Positions 1-12,972 of a stretch of DNA of 64,000 bases are shown here, in pieces. How positions within the stretch are numbered: the first letter of the stretch is position 1; each line of letters opens with the position of its first letter. The translations under genes were made by a program, and so were the position numbers. Under the pieces are notes generated by a model. That model did no database searches. It was not told the origin of the DNA and saw only the letters and a program-made list of their open reading frames with translations. Source of the stretch: Macrostomum lignano (lineage: Eukaryota); assembly GCA_002269645.1 (NCBI GenBank), contig NIVC01000625.1, forward strand, positions 186,001 through 250,000. Direction: 5' to 3'.

Positions 1-654
1 CGGCACGGGGCGGGTCGATCATGGACATGAGGCCCACGAAGCGCAGGTTCATGAGCGGGAAGTTCTGCTCCTCGGGGTCGAAGGCGAATCCGTCAGCGTA
101 CTCCTCAGCGGGCAGGCGGAAGTCGCAGAATCCCAGCACCCGCTCGCCCATGCCGCCGAGCTCCTCGTAGGCGGTATTGAAGGCGCTCTTCCACTCGTCG
201 TCCATGACGACGTCCTTGCCGTTGATGAGGATGTGTGAGCAGCGGTCCAGGATGCGCTCGGGGGCGCCCTTCATCACCAGCAGGAAACGCTTGTCTCCAT
301 CGTCAGTCTTGTGGATGGACACCTGGTACTTGTTGGTGCTGTTGAAGGGCACTTCGCACACCTTGGTGTTCTTCTTGCGGTACTCGCTGACCCCGCCGAT
401 GCTGAGCTCCACGCACTTGAGCAGGGCGCTCTCGGAAGCGTCGCCGTTGCACTCGCGCTTGAGCACGGGCTTGGACTCCTCGCCGGCCTTGAACTCGGCG
501 CGGTTGCACAGCATGGCGCAGCGGCTCAGGGCGATCCACTCTGGCGATGACTTGTTGTACTCGGCCGTGTTCTGCTCTTCAGAGGTGTCCGCCTCCAGGA
601 TGCGATTGTTGCACCACATGTGGGCCACGGTCATGCGGTTCTGCGTCAGGGTGC
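1..654 (-). CDS. ATP1A: Na+/K+-ATPase alpha subunit, exon 5 (nucleotide-binding domain), truncated by the window start
   Basis: cccag acceptor, then (G)[13 protein letters not shown]...[11 protein letters not shown]...PFNSTNKYQ...MKGAPERIL...GERVLGFC...MIDPPRA. The frame is open to base 1 and is absent from the supplied ORF track because it has no ATG. Confidence 0.98.
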
Positions 655-1188
655 CTGGGTGAGGGAATGCGCGGGTTGGGCTCTGTGATGCTACTGTGAG
701 TAGTGCAGGTCAATAGCTCAGCTTCAATACTGCAGCCAGATGAGGTGATAATGGTGTCTAAAGCCGGGGGAAAGGAGTTGGCAATCCAGAATCTGGTGCT
801 GGGTCTCCATGGCTGAGGCGAACTAAAAAGGACACATGCGAGCCATCTGGCAAAACTCCCACACTAGCAAAACTATAATGTGGGCCTGAGTAGCCTCTCT
901 CTTCTCCAGTGAGCAGCTTGTTAGCTCGTTATCGGAGGCCTCCGGGCCGGCGGTCGATGCCCAGGGAAGCCCGGCTCCCCTGCCGCACTTGCCGGCCAGG
1001 AGTCCCCCAGCTACCAACTCAGGCTGGAGTAGGGAGGGGGAATGGATAGATGGAATTAATCATGACATGGACTCGCCTGACTGACTGACACCCTGCAAGT
1101 GCGGAATCAGATAATCACCTCATTGACCTGCGCTCCCTCATCTGAGTCTCGCCTGACCACCGATTGAAAAAACCTGAGAAATCCTCAT

Positions 1189-1372
1189 GACTGCAAATCC
1201 TGACACCCTCTTGACTGCAAATCCTGACACCCTCTTGACTGCAAATCCTGACACCCTCTTGACTACAAATCCTGACACCCTCTTGACTGCAAATCCTGAC
1301 ACCCTCTTGACTAAAAATCCTGACACCCTCTTGACTGCAAATCCTGACACCCTCTTGACTAAAAATCCTGAC
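1189..1372. repeat. 24-bp minisatellite in ATPase intron 4 (gactgcaaatcctgacaccctctt), about 7.5 copies
   Basis: Direct tandem units seen in the sequence. Confidence 0.95.
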
Positions 1373-1441
1373 CGGACACAGTTTAGCTGACAAGCTGACA
1401 ACCCTGACTGACTGTCTGACAGCCCTAACACGCTTGCATAC

Positions 1442-1822
1442 CAGTCTTGTCGGAGCAGATGGTGCTGGTCGATCCCAGAGTCTCCACAGCCTCCAGGTTC
1501 TTCACCAGGCAGTTCTTGGACGCCATCCGCTTGGCGGTGAGGGTCAGGCAGACGGTGACGGTGGCCAGGAGGCCCTCGGGCACGTTGGCCACGATGATGC
1601 CGATGAGGAAGATGACGGCTTCCAGCCAGTTGTACTGCAGGATGAAGGCGATGATGAAGAAGGACACGCCGAGGAAGACGGCCACCCCGGTGATGATGTG
1701 GATGAAGTGCTGGATCTCCCTGGCGATGGGGGTCTCGCCCATCTCCAGGCCCGATGCCAGGTTGGCGATGCGGCCCATAACGGTGTGGTCTCCGGTGCAG
1801 ATCACGATGCCCGTGCAGGCGC
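1442..1822 (-). CDS. ATP1A: Na+/K+-ATPase alpha subunit, exon 4 (TM3-4 and phosphorylation site)
   Basis: ctcag acceptor, then ...[25 protein letters not shown]...ICSDKT G, then gtatgc donor. The DKTG motif is split by a phase-1 intron. Confidence 0.98.
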
Positions 1823-1886
1823 CTGAGCGGGGAGGGGCAGGGTGCGCGTTGACAGCACGGCTAGTATGCGAATCTGCTACAGAACC

Positions 1887-2317
1887 TGCCAGACTACAGT
1901 ACGGAATCTGCCAGACTACAGTACAGAATCTGCCAGACTACAGTACAGAATCTGCCAAACTACAGTACAGAATCTGCCAAACTACAGTACAGAATCTGCC
2001 AAACTACAGTACAGAATCTGCCAAACTACAGTACAGAATCTGCCAGACTACAGTACAGAATCTGCCAGACTACAGTACAGAATCTGCCAGACTATAGTAC
2101 AGAATCTGCCAAACTATAGCCAGTACAGAATCTGCCAGACTACAGTACAGAATCTGGCAGACTACAGTACAGAATCTGGCAGACTACAGTACAGAATCTG
2201 GCAGACTACAGTACAGAATCTGCCAGACTACAGTACAGAATCTGCCAGACAACAGTACAGAATCTGCCAGACAACAGTACAGAATCTGCCAGACTACAGT
2301 ACAGAATCTGCCAGACT
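1887..2317. repeat. 22-bp minisatellite in ATPase intron 3 (cagactacagtacagaatctgc), about 19-20 copies
   Basis: Direct tandem units seen in the sequence. Confidence 0.95.
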
Positions 2318-4726
2318 AACAGCACAGCTCAATACACGAATGACCAATACATTTGCCAGACTCCAATCTCCCTAAAAGTCATTAAGGAGAAAAGTCATCA
2401 GAGATGCTAACAACACACTGCCTGTTCCAAGGCTACTTAGCCGGATTGCATTGAGGCCCCAGTGAGAAACACGGGCAAAGCCAAGCCTTGAAAATTACTC
2501 AGCTCAGCAGAGCATTGCTGCATCGGTTGTGAGAGGGAAAATGCTGGAAGAGGAAGAATGCTTTTCTTCACGGCACAATAGCATTACTGCCGTCTACTCA
2601 GGATGCAGTAGACTGGGAGGCATCTCACATCCTGAGTGTACAGCAGTGAGCAGCAGCGCAGAGCGGCAGTAGGAGGCACAAGGACAGACAGGGAGGCCGC
2701 TCTCCTCACTGTCAGATGGAATCGATTGAGCCGTGTGGGGCAGGGGGGGGGGCAGGCCGCATCCCCATTGATCAATTTATCCCCGCCACACAGTTCACAG
2801 CGGGAGACGGGACCGATTTTGGGATGCAGAGCCCGTGTGTGTGGGGGGAGAGCAGGCCTAGCAAGTACGCGAATTTTCTCGGCTCCAGCCGCGGCAAGGG
2901 CTGGTAAAGCTTCTCCTCTTCAAGCCCAGCCACTCTTTAAAGCCCCTCTTAGAAATCCCCCTTCTCTCTCTCGCCTCCCCACGGCTGCCCGGCCGGGGAT
3001 CCAGGGGGATCTCTTCCCCCTTGCCATTGCAAGTCAAGAAAGAGCCCCAAGCGACAGTCAATCGATATTCTTCCCCATTGCATGTCCAGGCTGGGGCAGG
3101 GGAGACCGGAGGGCGGCGGGAACGGAGGGCAGAGCAGCTAAAAATAGGCGGCCGGTTGGGGGGGGGCACTCAACACAAATGCGAAGCTCCAAGGCCAAGC
3201 GAAGGTTCTGCTTGTCCTTCCTTCCCAATTGCAAGGGCCTCTGCAGTCCTGCTCCCCGGAGAGAGAGGGGAGAAGAGAGAGAGGGAAAGAAGGGACTCTC
3301 TGGGTCTTCTTTCTTCTCCGTCCTGCCCGCGCAAGCCCGATGGGACACCCAGCGAGAAAGAAGTGGAATCAGAGAAGCACTGAGGCCCGCAAATGCGCAG
3401 TGGTTTTGCCAGCACAGAGAGCAGGTATTGATGAGACTCGTGCAACCCGAGCCACCCGTTCGCCCAGGCCCCCGCTCCGCTCAATGCATTTAACAGCAAC
3501 TTTCAGTAAGCCAGTAAGCCTAAGATAAGGCTGCGAACGCAGTGCAGAGATACTAGCAGATAGGAAACACGATACGGGGGGGGGGCTGCCTGGGGACTCC
3601 AATACGGGGGCTGCAACTCTAACTAATGTATTCTTGTTTATCAGTACAGAAAGCCCAGGAACAGTTACACAAGGGTCACACAGGGCAGGCCCAAGCCGTT
3701 GCAATCCAGTGCAGGCCTGACTGACCCGCATTCCAGTCGGTAAACTGTGTTAAGCTTCACAAATTCTAATGCTTGGTGCCAAGTGCGCCCGGTGCGTTAA
3801 CTTTCAAACTCGTCACCAAGCAACTGCTTTGCTCTTCAGCCAGTCCGAGGGCAATTGAAAGGCTTAGGCGGGCGGTCAGTTCACGGGGCGAACTCGTGTG
3901 CACTAGCTGGCTTGAGAGCGACCGACAGCTTTTGCACCTAAAAGCACGCGATAGCTTGCATTATTGACAAGTGATGACAGCTCCATCCAGTCTTTGTTCT
4001 CTCCGCATTATAACAAAATTGAGTTTTTTTCAATAATCAAACTGACCCCCTCCCCCGGGAAGGCTGCACAATGGCCGTGCGTGAATGAGCGCGGCCCCCC
4101 TGACCGGACAGAATCGGGCCTGCTAAGCCAGTGCAACAAGAACCAGAGGCCGACCAGCTGACTGACTGGCAGGAAGGGGGCCGGAACAGACTAGGAGAGA
4201 TTTGCGCCGCCAGTTCAGTCCAGACTTCAGCTGGTGCGTGAATGGCTGCAGGAGGTGCCCTGGAGCCAGTGCCAGTTCAGCAGCCCCCCAGGCCCGAACA
4301 GCGCAAACAAAGAACAGGCCGGCTGCCTTGAAGAGTGTGCCAAGTTGAAAACAACAAGTCCAAAGCACAAAAGTAACCAATGTCACCCTTGCTGCCTTGA
4401 TTTGGTTCAGCTTGGGGGGAATGCAGGATTTTCCACTCTGCACAGCCCTGCCGCCAGCTAATTCTGTTCTGCCTCTCTCAAAACTGCCTGAAACCGTCTG
4501 CTGGATACATTATTAAACATGCGCATTTGCTCGCCAGGCTGGTAGCTAAAATAATGCAAAAAACATTAATCAACTGCTAGGCCAGCCAAGCTAACACATT
4601 TCATTTAACAGTCATCCTTACTGTACTGGTACTGCCTGTCTAGGCTTATAATCTATTTCATTTTTTGTACATTGGAAGAGCTATAGTCAACTAAATTACT
4701 GCAGTATGCCTGCAATAGGATGCCCT

Positions 4727-5222
4727 GCTCAACAGAGATTTTGTACCCGCTGGAATCTCAACAGAGATTTTGTACCCGCTGGAATCTCAACAGAGATTTT
4801 GCATCCGCGGGAATCTCAACAGAGATTTTGCATCCGCGGGAATCTCAACAGAGATTTTGCATCCGCGGGAATCTCAACAGAGATTTTGCATCCGCGGGAA
4901 TCTCAACAGAGATTTTGTACCCGCTGGAATCTCAACAGAGATTTTGTACCCGCTGGAATCTCAACAGAGATTTTGCATCCGCGGGAATCTCAATAGAGAT
5001 TTTGCATCAGCTGGAATCTCAACAGAGATTTTGCATCCGCTGGAATCTCAACAGAGATTTTGTACCCGCTGGAATCTCAACAGAGATTTTGCATCCGCTG
5101 GAATCTCAACAGAGATTTTGTACCCGCTGGAATCTCAACAGAGATTTTGTACCCGCTGGAATCTCAATAAGAGATTTTGCACCCGCTGGAATTTCAACAG
5201 AGATTTTGTATCCGCGGGAATC
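4727..5222. repeat. 29-bp minisatellite in ATPase intron 3 (ctcaacagagattttgtacccgctggaat), about 17 copies
   Basis: Direct tandem units; the array ends about 30 bp from the exon 3 donor. Confidence 0.95.
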
Positions 5223-5253
5223 CCAAACCTCGCCACTAGCCATACGATCTCAC

Positions 5254-5653
5254 CTTCCACAGCATTAGTGGAGAAAAAGGCCAGGTTCTTGGTCTCGAGC
5301 GGGTTCTCGTTGGTGTACTCCGGAGTGCGGGACTGCGCCTCGGACTCGCCAGTCAGGCAGGAGTTGTCCACCTTGAATCCGTGCGAGGTGATGATTCGAA
5401 TGTCAGCTGGGATGCGGTCGCCGAGTTTCACTTCAACGATATCGCCGATGACGAGCTCTTCGGAGGGCACATTGAGCTTCTGGCCGCCGCGGAGGGCCAT
5501 GGCGTGCTGGGGCACCATTTTCTTGAAGCTCTCCATGATCTTGGCGGACTTGGCCTCCTGATAGTAGGAGAACACGCCGGTGACCACCACTACGAAGGTG
5601 AGCACAATGCCCAGGTACAGGTTGTCTCCTGGCGGATTCTCGTAGGCTCCAGT
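5254..5653 (-). CDS. ATP1A: Na+/K+-ATPase alpha subunit, exon 3 (TM2 and actuator domain)
   Basis: ctgcag acceptor, then [15 protein letters not shown]...DRIPADIRI...[11 protein letters not shown]...FFSTNAVE G, then gtgaga donor. Contains the TGES motif. Confidence 0.97.
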
Positions 5654-5690
5654 CTGCAGGATTCGGCAGATTAACGCACGGATTATGGAT

Positions 5691-5902
5691 TAGCCAGCAG
5701 AATAGGAGAGATAGGACTCAATTAAACACATATCTAGCCAGCAGCATAGGAGAGATAGGACTCAATTAAACACATATCTAGCCAGCAGCATAGGAGAGAT
5801 AGGACTCAATTAAACACATATCTAGCCAGCAGCATAGGAGAGATAGGACTCAATTAAACACATATCTAGCCAGCAGCATAGGAGAGATAGGACTCAATTA
5901 AA
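5691..5902. repeat. 44-bp minisatellite in ATPase intron 2, about 4.8 copies
   Basis: Unit tagccagcagcataggagagataggactcaattaaacacatatc starts at 5691, 5735, 5779 and so on. Confidence 0.95.
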
Positions 5903-5989
5903 AACACCTAAGCCTGAGAATACAACAACACTATGCCATGCCATCACTGTGGCACAGCACTAGACAGCTGTTTTGGAGTTCCAACTGAC

Positions 5990-6283
5990 CTGGATACTGT
6001 AGGCAAAAAAGCACAGGACAGCTCCAATCCATAGCAGTAGAGAGAAGCCGCCAAACAGGGTCTTGCAGAACTTCACCCACTCTGGGGTAGTCTTAGGTGG
6101 TGTCAGCTCATTGCGGCCATACTTGGCCAGCCTCTGAGCTGCATCCTCGACAGTTAGGCCAGAGGTGGGGTTGGTCTCCAGGCGGCTGTACAGCTCTTGG
6201 ATGTCAATGCGATGCTCATCCATGTCAAGCTCCTGCTTGAGATCATCGAGCTTGGCCTTGCCGGCTTTCTTGTCATTTTTTTT
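5990..6283 (-). CDS. ATP1A: Na+/K+-ATPase alpha subunit, exon 2
   Basis: tttag acceptor, then [24 protein letters not shown]...[39 protein letters not shown], then gtcagt donor. 294 nt, phase 0/0. Confidence 0.95.
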
Positions 6284-7569
6284 CTAAATAGGTGAGAAAA
6301 GATAAACAACATATTTGCAACATACTGTACTAATATAACAAAATTTTGAATTAGAAAAGATAAATTTTATATTAAGTAATTTACAAATAATACTCTTTAA
6401 GTGCAAGATTTAAAAAATGTTATAGTCAAAATAAAAAACATAAGCCTTGGGCTTGGCTATAACAATATATTGACCCTAATATAAACAAAAAATAACAAAC
6501 TAGATATTAAAGGGTCAAGAACTAAAGGACACAAGGTACTTAATGTATTTTAGCAAAAAGTCAAATAGTTTTATCTAATAATTTCTATAAGTTAAGATAA
6601 ATTTCTTATTTTTATAGGTATTAGATACCAATTTTTATCTTTATAATTATATTACTAATATAATGTGAGATTCCTGTCTATGAAAATGTCTTTTTATAAG
6701 TATATATAAAGTACTATACAATAAAATAGCTTAAATTAAAAAAAATTAAAAAACAAAATGCTATTTCTATTGAGGATAAAAATTTAGAGTCTATTATCAT
6801 AATTTGTTTTTACGACTTAAAATATAAATCTTAATTAGTCTAAAATATTAATATCAATGACAATCAAAAACATTATTATTTTTTATCAATTGAGCAAATG
6901 TAACAATTAATATTAATGATAAAAAAGTTATTAAAAAGATAAAATTATCTTATACAAATAAATATTTTTTAAATATAAAATAAATTGTAAACTAGGCATA
7001 GGTCTATATTTAAACAATTTTAAAATTTAATAGACTTATCTTTAAACATAAGACTTTCACTTTTTATAAAACTAATGTTATAATATAATAATACAAAATG
7101 TTCTTTAATTTTATTTTCTAAAAATAAAACTCTAGTTTGATAAATTATTAAACATTTTATCATTATTATAACAATGCAATCAAATATACTTTCAGCCAGA
7201 AAAAAAGCTTTCTCAGAGCTTATGGCACACTAACCTTAAGTTTAAGTAGGGGCCTACAAAAATTATATACATTGTCCTAACTAATGCATGGCTATGACCT
7301 GCTAGAGGCAGTAAACTTGAAGAAGTCAGATATGAATCATATCTGAATCATACCATAACCCATGCTAAAATATAGTTTAGAATGTCTACAGAAAACGAAA
7401 GATAAGTTTCAACTGATTTACGATCAAAGAAAATTGGTCCCTAGAGGCGATTTTCCATAGGAACTGCACTTCGCCGAAAAAATAAAATGAGTCTCATTTG
7501 GAATTTAAGGCAACTAAAAGTTGAGTATTTTGATGAATAGTGTTAGATCAAAGGTAATAAATAACTTAC

Positions 7570-7581
7570 CTCATCAGCCAT
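7570..7581 (-). CDS. ATP1A: Na+/K+-ATPase alpha subunit, coding exon 1 (MADE)
   Basis: Minus strand reads cagcaccATG GCT GAT GAG|gtaagt: good Kozak context and a consensus donor. Phase 0 joins in frame to exon 2. Confidence 0.8.
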
Positions 7582-8546
7582 GGTGCTGAAATTGACAACT
7601 AACTCGTTTACTTTGAAACTTAGCAGCCGCTGCTCTGTTGACAAGTTAGAATTGTGAAAAATTAGTGGGTTTGTTTTTACAAGTTTGTAATCGCGCTCTC
7701 CCAATTAACGACCCAAAATTGTGCTTTGCATCGTTAAAAAACCCGGAGAAAACCGGCTTTCCAATCTCATTAAAATGCCAGTTTTTTAGATTCTTTTTAT
7801 TATTTAGATTCCTTCAATACCAAGGTGACAACGAATTGTTTTTCATAAATTTAAGTAAGTATTCTATGTCAGTCGAAAAATATCAAAATTCTCTATTATT
7901 TTACGTAAGTTGTCTGTTCTTCTATGTGCCTGCACTGCCTGTATGGTTTTCATTCACATTGCTGAAGAGTTCACTGTTCCAAATATCTGAGCTTCAATCC
8001 TGCACTTTCAATGCTTACTTTTCATTTTAGATTTGTCATGCTCAACCCCAACTCGATCTAAACAATTGGGTTTGATACTTCTCTTCTTCTTCCATGTTTG
8101 CTGCCTCAAGTCAAATTAAGCTAATTGCATGTATTGAAAAAAATGTTGTGCCAGGGTTTGCCTAATGTACATAACTGGCATTAAAAATCCGTGGACAGTA
8201 AAACCACTACTCTTCGAGGACGCAAACTCAACGAAATGCGATGGTTGCTCCTACCGTGGCTTTTGCTCATTCAGAACTTCCTTTAAATTTATTGTCCGCT
8301 GGGACAACAATTGAATACATGTCTTTGTAATCAGTAAATTTTTCATCCCTGGATGCCAAATATAGGGCAAAATCGATTTAAAAAATGCTTTGATAAATCG
8401 GATATTTTTTATTGGACTTTGTTGAGGCTTAATTGTCAGCAGCGCGCTCAGTCATGTTACCATCTTCCAGCACCCCTTTTTCCTATACTAATGGCATTTA
8501 TCACCTTGAACCGCTTCTGAAACCAACCCAAATTGCTGGTCTGCCA

Positions 8547-8905
<359 letters not shown>

Positions 8906-9508
8906 GGCTTATGGAATAGACAGACAAAGAGCTACACAGCTCAGTGTGAGCTAGACAAACAGTTAAAAACTTTGAATCTCAACGACTATTCCTCAAGATC
9001 TCACCAATGTTAGTCAGGAAGATAATTCATTGGATTGAGCATCGTCGAGTGGCTACAGCGACTTCCAGCCTGTCCGTCTTCGCCGCAGGTCACGCAGCCT
9101 CAGAATCGACGCCACTGCTGTGACCCGAGCAGCTCTGATTCCAAGAAACAGCTCTCAGCGCTTGAAATCGAGCGAAGCAATCGATGTGAGCTGGCTACTG
9201 TTTTAGCACGCTTCTCTATCCACTTGCCTGGCATCGATCAGTCGCTTCCAACAATTGATGGACACCCCAAACCGCCTGTAAGTCAGATTTCTGCGCACTC
9301 AACCTGAGCTCAGCAGACCCTCAGGCTTCAGCCTTCGGACCCCCAGCGCTATGCTCAGACTCGGCAGGAGTAAACTCAAATGCAGCAGTGCCAGTCTATT
9401 TACAATGCGAAATGTTCTGTCAGCTCAGCAAAAGCGAATTCAAACTTTTTACAGGAAAATATGTAAAAAGTTTCTAGAGAACTACTATGCAAGCAGATGA
9501 CCCGGTTG

Positions 9509-10818
9509 CTATGGAAACCGGCACATCGCTGAAGCCTCCCTTCCGCCGATCCAGTCCGGGCAGTCGAAGGCGCGGCGGAACTCGATCAGGCCGGCCAGCG
9601 CCGCCTGCAGCACCGGCGCGCCATCGTCCGCGCCTTCGCCGTCTGGCGAGCACAGCGACTGCGCCCAGTTGACGAAGAACAGTCGCAGCCGCATCTCCAC
9701 GGAGGCGCCGCCGTCTGACGCCGGCGTCGATGCGACATCGGCACCCAGCACTGCCAGGGCAGCTAGCAGGCCGACGCGTCGGGCAACGAGAGTGCCGACC
9801 AACCTGGCCGGACTGGCGGGCGGCAGAAGACCGGCAAAGCAGCGGTAGGCCTCCCCTGCCGCCTGCGCGCTCTTGGTGGAGTACACGCCGTCCAAGTTGG
9901 ACGTCGGCGCCACAGCCCCGGCGAACAGGGACTCGGCGAGGCGCGCCCCGGCGAACGACAGCAGCGCCTCGGCCGGGTATCCCGCGTGCAGCAGCGGTGG
10001 CCGCATGACCACCGGCGGCACCAGCACAGAGGCGTCGGCCGAGCGGAAACGAATTTCGCCGGCCACAGGCGCACCGGCTGGCGGGTCCAGACGGAGGCCG
10101 AGGCCGGCCAGGCGGGCCAGCATGGCCAGTCGCGTGTGGCCGCTCAGGCGCGGCGCGGCCGCGTGCACCGCCGCCGCCAGCCGGCCGGACACGGCTTCAA
10201 AGACTCCGGACAGGCGGGCCCGCAGCACCAGGTTCAGCAGGGCTGCCGATGACTGGTGCGGCCTGCCGAAGTCCTCGACTTCTTGCTCAGCGGCGATCGC
10301 CGCCAGGCTGCGGTTGCCCAGCCGGCCGCAGGCGAAGGCGCGGAAGTCGCGGCAGGGGTCGGCGCTGACGTTGGCAACGGCGCGTAGACGTTTGAGGAGG
10401 CGGCGCCGCTCCGCTGCGAAGGCGACCTCGGAGTCGGCGGCGGCTGGGATCAGCGGCGGCGAAGCATCAGCGGCGGTGGCAGCGGCGGAGGCCATCGAGG
10501 TGGGCCGAGCGCCGGGGCGGCAGCGGGCCGGGCGCTGGCGGCGAGGTGCAGCCCCAGCAGGACGGCGCCGACGGCGAGCAGCGAGCCGGCGACGCAGCAG
10601 AGGCCGACGCTGAGGCCCAGAAGCGGCAGGCAGGTGGCGGGTGTCGCCGTCCGACGAGGATCTCGCCGCTCCTCAAAGTTAGCGCCGTCGGTCTCAGCGA
10701 CGCCACTCCGGCTGAACTGGCGTTGAACCTGTGGCTGGCGGCCCGCCTGCGCCGCTGGAGAGGCGGTGGCTCCAACGGCGGTGACGGCTGCGTCCGGGTT
10801 GTGCAGAACTAGAGGAGT
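9509..10818 (-). pseudogene. Neprilysin/M13-like inactive type II membrane protein, copy 1, last exon, with a 1-bp frameshift at about 10514-10517
   Basis: Same exon as copy 2 but 1310 nt instead of 1311: the G-run after gagcgcc is 4 G here and 5 G in copy 2, which disconnects the TM segment from the ectodomain. This could be an assembly homopolymer error. Confidence 0.75.
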
Positions 10819-10868
10819 CTGTAGGAAAGGAAACGGTGCTTCAGCTGTTCAACTGGTGCGAAAAGAGA

Positions 10869-11951
10869 ATGAGAGGAGAGGAGAGGAGACTATAGGGGAT
10901 GAGAGGAGAGAGGAGAGGAGAGGAGAGGAGATAAGAGGAGATCGAGGGAGAGAGGAGATGAGAGGAGATGAGAGGAGAGAGGAGAGGAGAGGAGAGGAGA
11001 GGAGAGGAGAGAGGAGAGGAGAGGAGAGGAGATAAGAGGAGATCGAGGGAGAGAGGAGATGAGAGGAGATGAGAGGAGAGAGGAGAGGAGAGGAGAGGAG
11101 AGGAGAGGAGAGAGGAGAGGAGAGGAGAGGAGGGGAGGGGAGAGGAGAGGAGAGGAGGGGAGAGGAGAGGAGAGGAGAGGAGAGGAGAGGAGAGGAGAGG
11201 AGAGGAGAGGAGAGGAGGGAGAGAGAGAGGAGAGGAGAGGAGAGGAGAGGAGAGGAGAGGAGGAGAGGAGAGGAGAGGAGAGGAGAGGAGAGGAGAGGAG
11301 AGGAGAGGAGGGAGAGGAGAGGAGAGGAGAGGAGAGGAGAGGAGAGAGGAGAGGAGAGGAGAGAGGAGATGAGAGAGAGATGAGAGGAGAGAGAGAGAGA
11401 GAGAGGAGAGGAGAGGAGAGGAGAGGAGAGGAGAGAGGAGAGGAGAGGAGAGGAGATAAGAGGAGATCGAGGGAGAGAGGAGATGAGAGGAGATGAGAGA
11501 AGAGAGGAGAGGAGAGGAGAGGAGAGGAGAGGAGAGGAGAGAGGAGAGGAGAGGAGAGGAGGGGAGAGGAGAGGAGAGGAGAGGAGGGAGAGGAGAGGAG
11601 GGGAGAGGAGAGGAGAGGAGAGGAGAGGAGGGGAGAGGAGAGGAGAGGAGAGGAGAGGAGAGGAGAGGAGGGGAGAGGAGAGGAGAGGAGAGGAGAGGAG
11701 AGGAGAGGAGAGGAGAGGAGAGGAGAGGAGAGGCGAGGAGAGGAGAGGAGAGGAGAGAGGAGGAGAGGAGAGGAGAGGAGAGGAGAGGAGAGGAGAGGAG
11801 AGGAGAGTAGAGGAGAGGAGAGGAGAGGAGAGGAGAGGAGAGGAGAGGAGAGGAGAGGAGAGGAGAGGAGGAGAGGAGAGGAGAGGAGAGGAGAGGAGAG
11901 GAGGAGGAGAGGAGAGGAGAGGAGAGGAGAGGAGAGGAGAGGAGAGGAGAG
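10869..11951. repeat. (GAGAG)n polypurine pentanucleotide tract filling the M13-like intron, copy 1
   Basis: About 1.08 kb of almost pure purine on the + strand. Confidence 0.97.
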
Positions 11952-11989
11952 CAAGTTGAGCAGAAGGCTGCCTCAAGTGGGAGCCTTAC

Positions 11990-12358
11990 AGAGCAGCGCT
12001 CCTGGTCGTGGAGCCGCAGGGTGCCGTGGCGGTAGGTAGCAGGGGGCGGCCCGAGCGGCAGCAGCACGTACGAGTTGCTGCAGTTTCCGCCGCCGCTGCC
12101 GCCACCGCCGCCGCTGTCGCCGCTCAGCTGCCGCCGCCAGCGGTGTGCGGAGTCGCCAAAAGTCGTCGAGGTGGCCGACGCTCCAATCGGCGTTGATGGG
12201 AACCGTTGCAGCGGCTTGGCGACGCGGTTTGGCGACCACTGGCAGCAGGCGGTGGTGGCGGCCTCGGCGTCTGCCGCTGAGACGGCCGCGTCTGCCTTGA
12301 TCGGGAAAGACCGAGAGACGTCCAGGGCGCGGCACTCGGGGCAACAGCAGGACGACAT
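11990..12358 (-). CDS. M13-like protein copy 1, first coding exon (MSSCCCPEC...DQERCS)
   Basis: ATG at 12358, phase-0 donor TCT|gtaagg, 123 codons. A candidate upstream acceptor cccag lies at 12381-12382. Confidence 0.7.
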
Positions 12359-12426
12359 TGTCGCTCACGACGTCTGATAGCTGGGCATGCGGATGAGTAA
12401 GTTATGGTTCTGGTTATTTATTTAAT

Positions 12427-12972
12427 GCCCAGCAACCAACAGATTTATCCCCAGCAGCTCAGCAGATTTATCCCCAGCAGCCAGCAGATTTATCCCCAGC
12501 AACCAGCAGATTTATCCCCAGCAACCAGCAGATTTATCCCCAGCAACCAGCAGATTTATCCCAGCAACCAACAGATTTATCTCCACCAGCTCAGCAGATT
12601 TATCCCCAGCAGCTCAGCAGATTTATCCCAAGCAACCAGCAGATTTATCCCCAGCAACCAGCAAATTTATCCCCAGCAACCAGCAGATTTATCCCCAGCA
12701 GCCAGCAGATTTATCCCCAGCAGCCAGCAGATTTATCCCCAGCAACCAGCAGACTTATTCCCAGCAGCCAGCAGATTTATCCCCAGCAGCCAGCAGATTT
12801 ATCCCCAGCAACCAGCAGATTTATCCCCAGCAGCCAGCAGATTTATCCCAAGCAACCAGCAGATTTATCCCCAGCAGCCAGCAGATTTATCCCCAGCAGC
12901 CAGCAGATTTATCCCCAGAAACCAACAGATTTATCCCCAGAAACCAATAGATTTATCCCCTGCAACCAGCAG
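12427..12972. repeat. 22-bp minisatellite (atttatccccagcaaccagcag), about 25 copies
   Basis: Direct tandem units. Confidence 0.93.

Noticed and set aside
177-662. Plus-strand ORFs overlapping the ATPase, M13-like, ENaC, AlkB and 4CL exons
   Set aside because: Antisense or shadow frames of GC3-rich coding exons, with no independent motifs.
5620-6000. Possible cardiotonic-steroid resistance substitutions in the ATPase H1-H2 loop
   Set aside because: The loop reads [12 protein letters not shown], so the positions equivalent to Q111 and N122 are in the ancestral sensitive state.
6284-7300. Very AT-rich stretches (also 29.2-31.4 kb and 58.1-58.6 kb) as possible organellar insertions
   Set aside because: No mitochondrial ORF, rRNA or tRNA features were recognised; they look like ordinary AT-rich intron or spacer DNA.
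10841-11976. LLSSP / EERRG repeat ORFs
   Set aside because: Translations of the intronic (GAGAG)n tract. The true exon ends at the donor at 11989.
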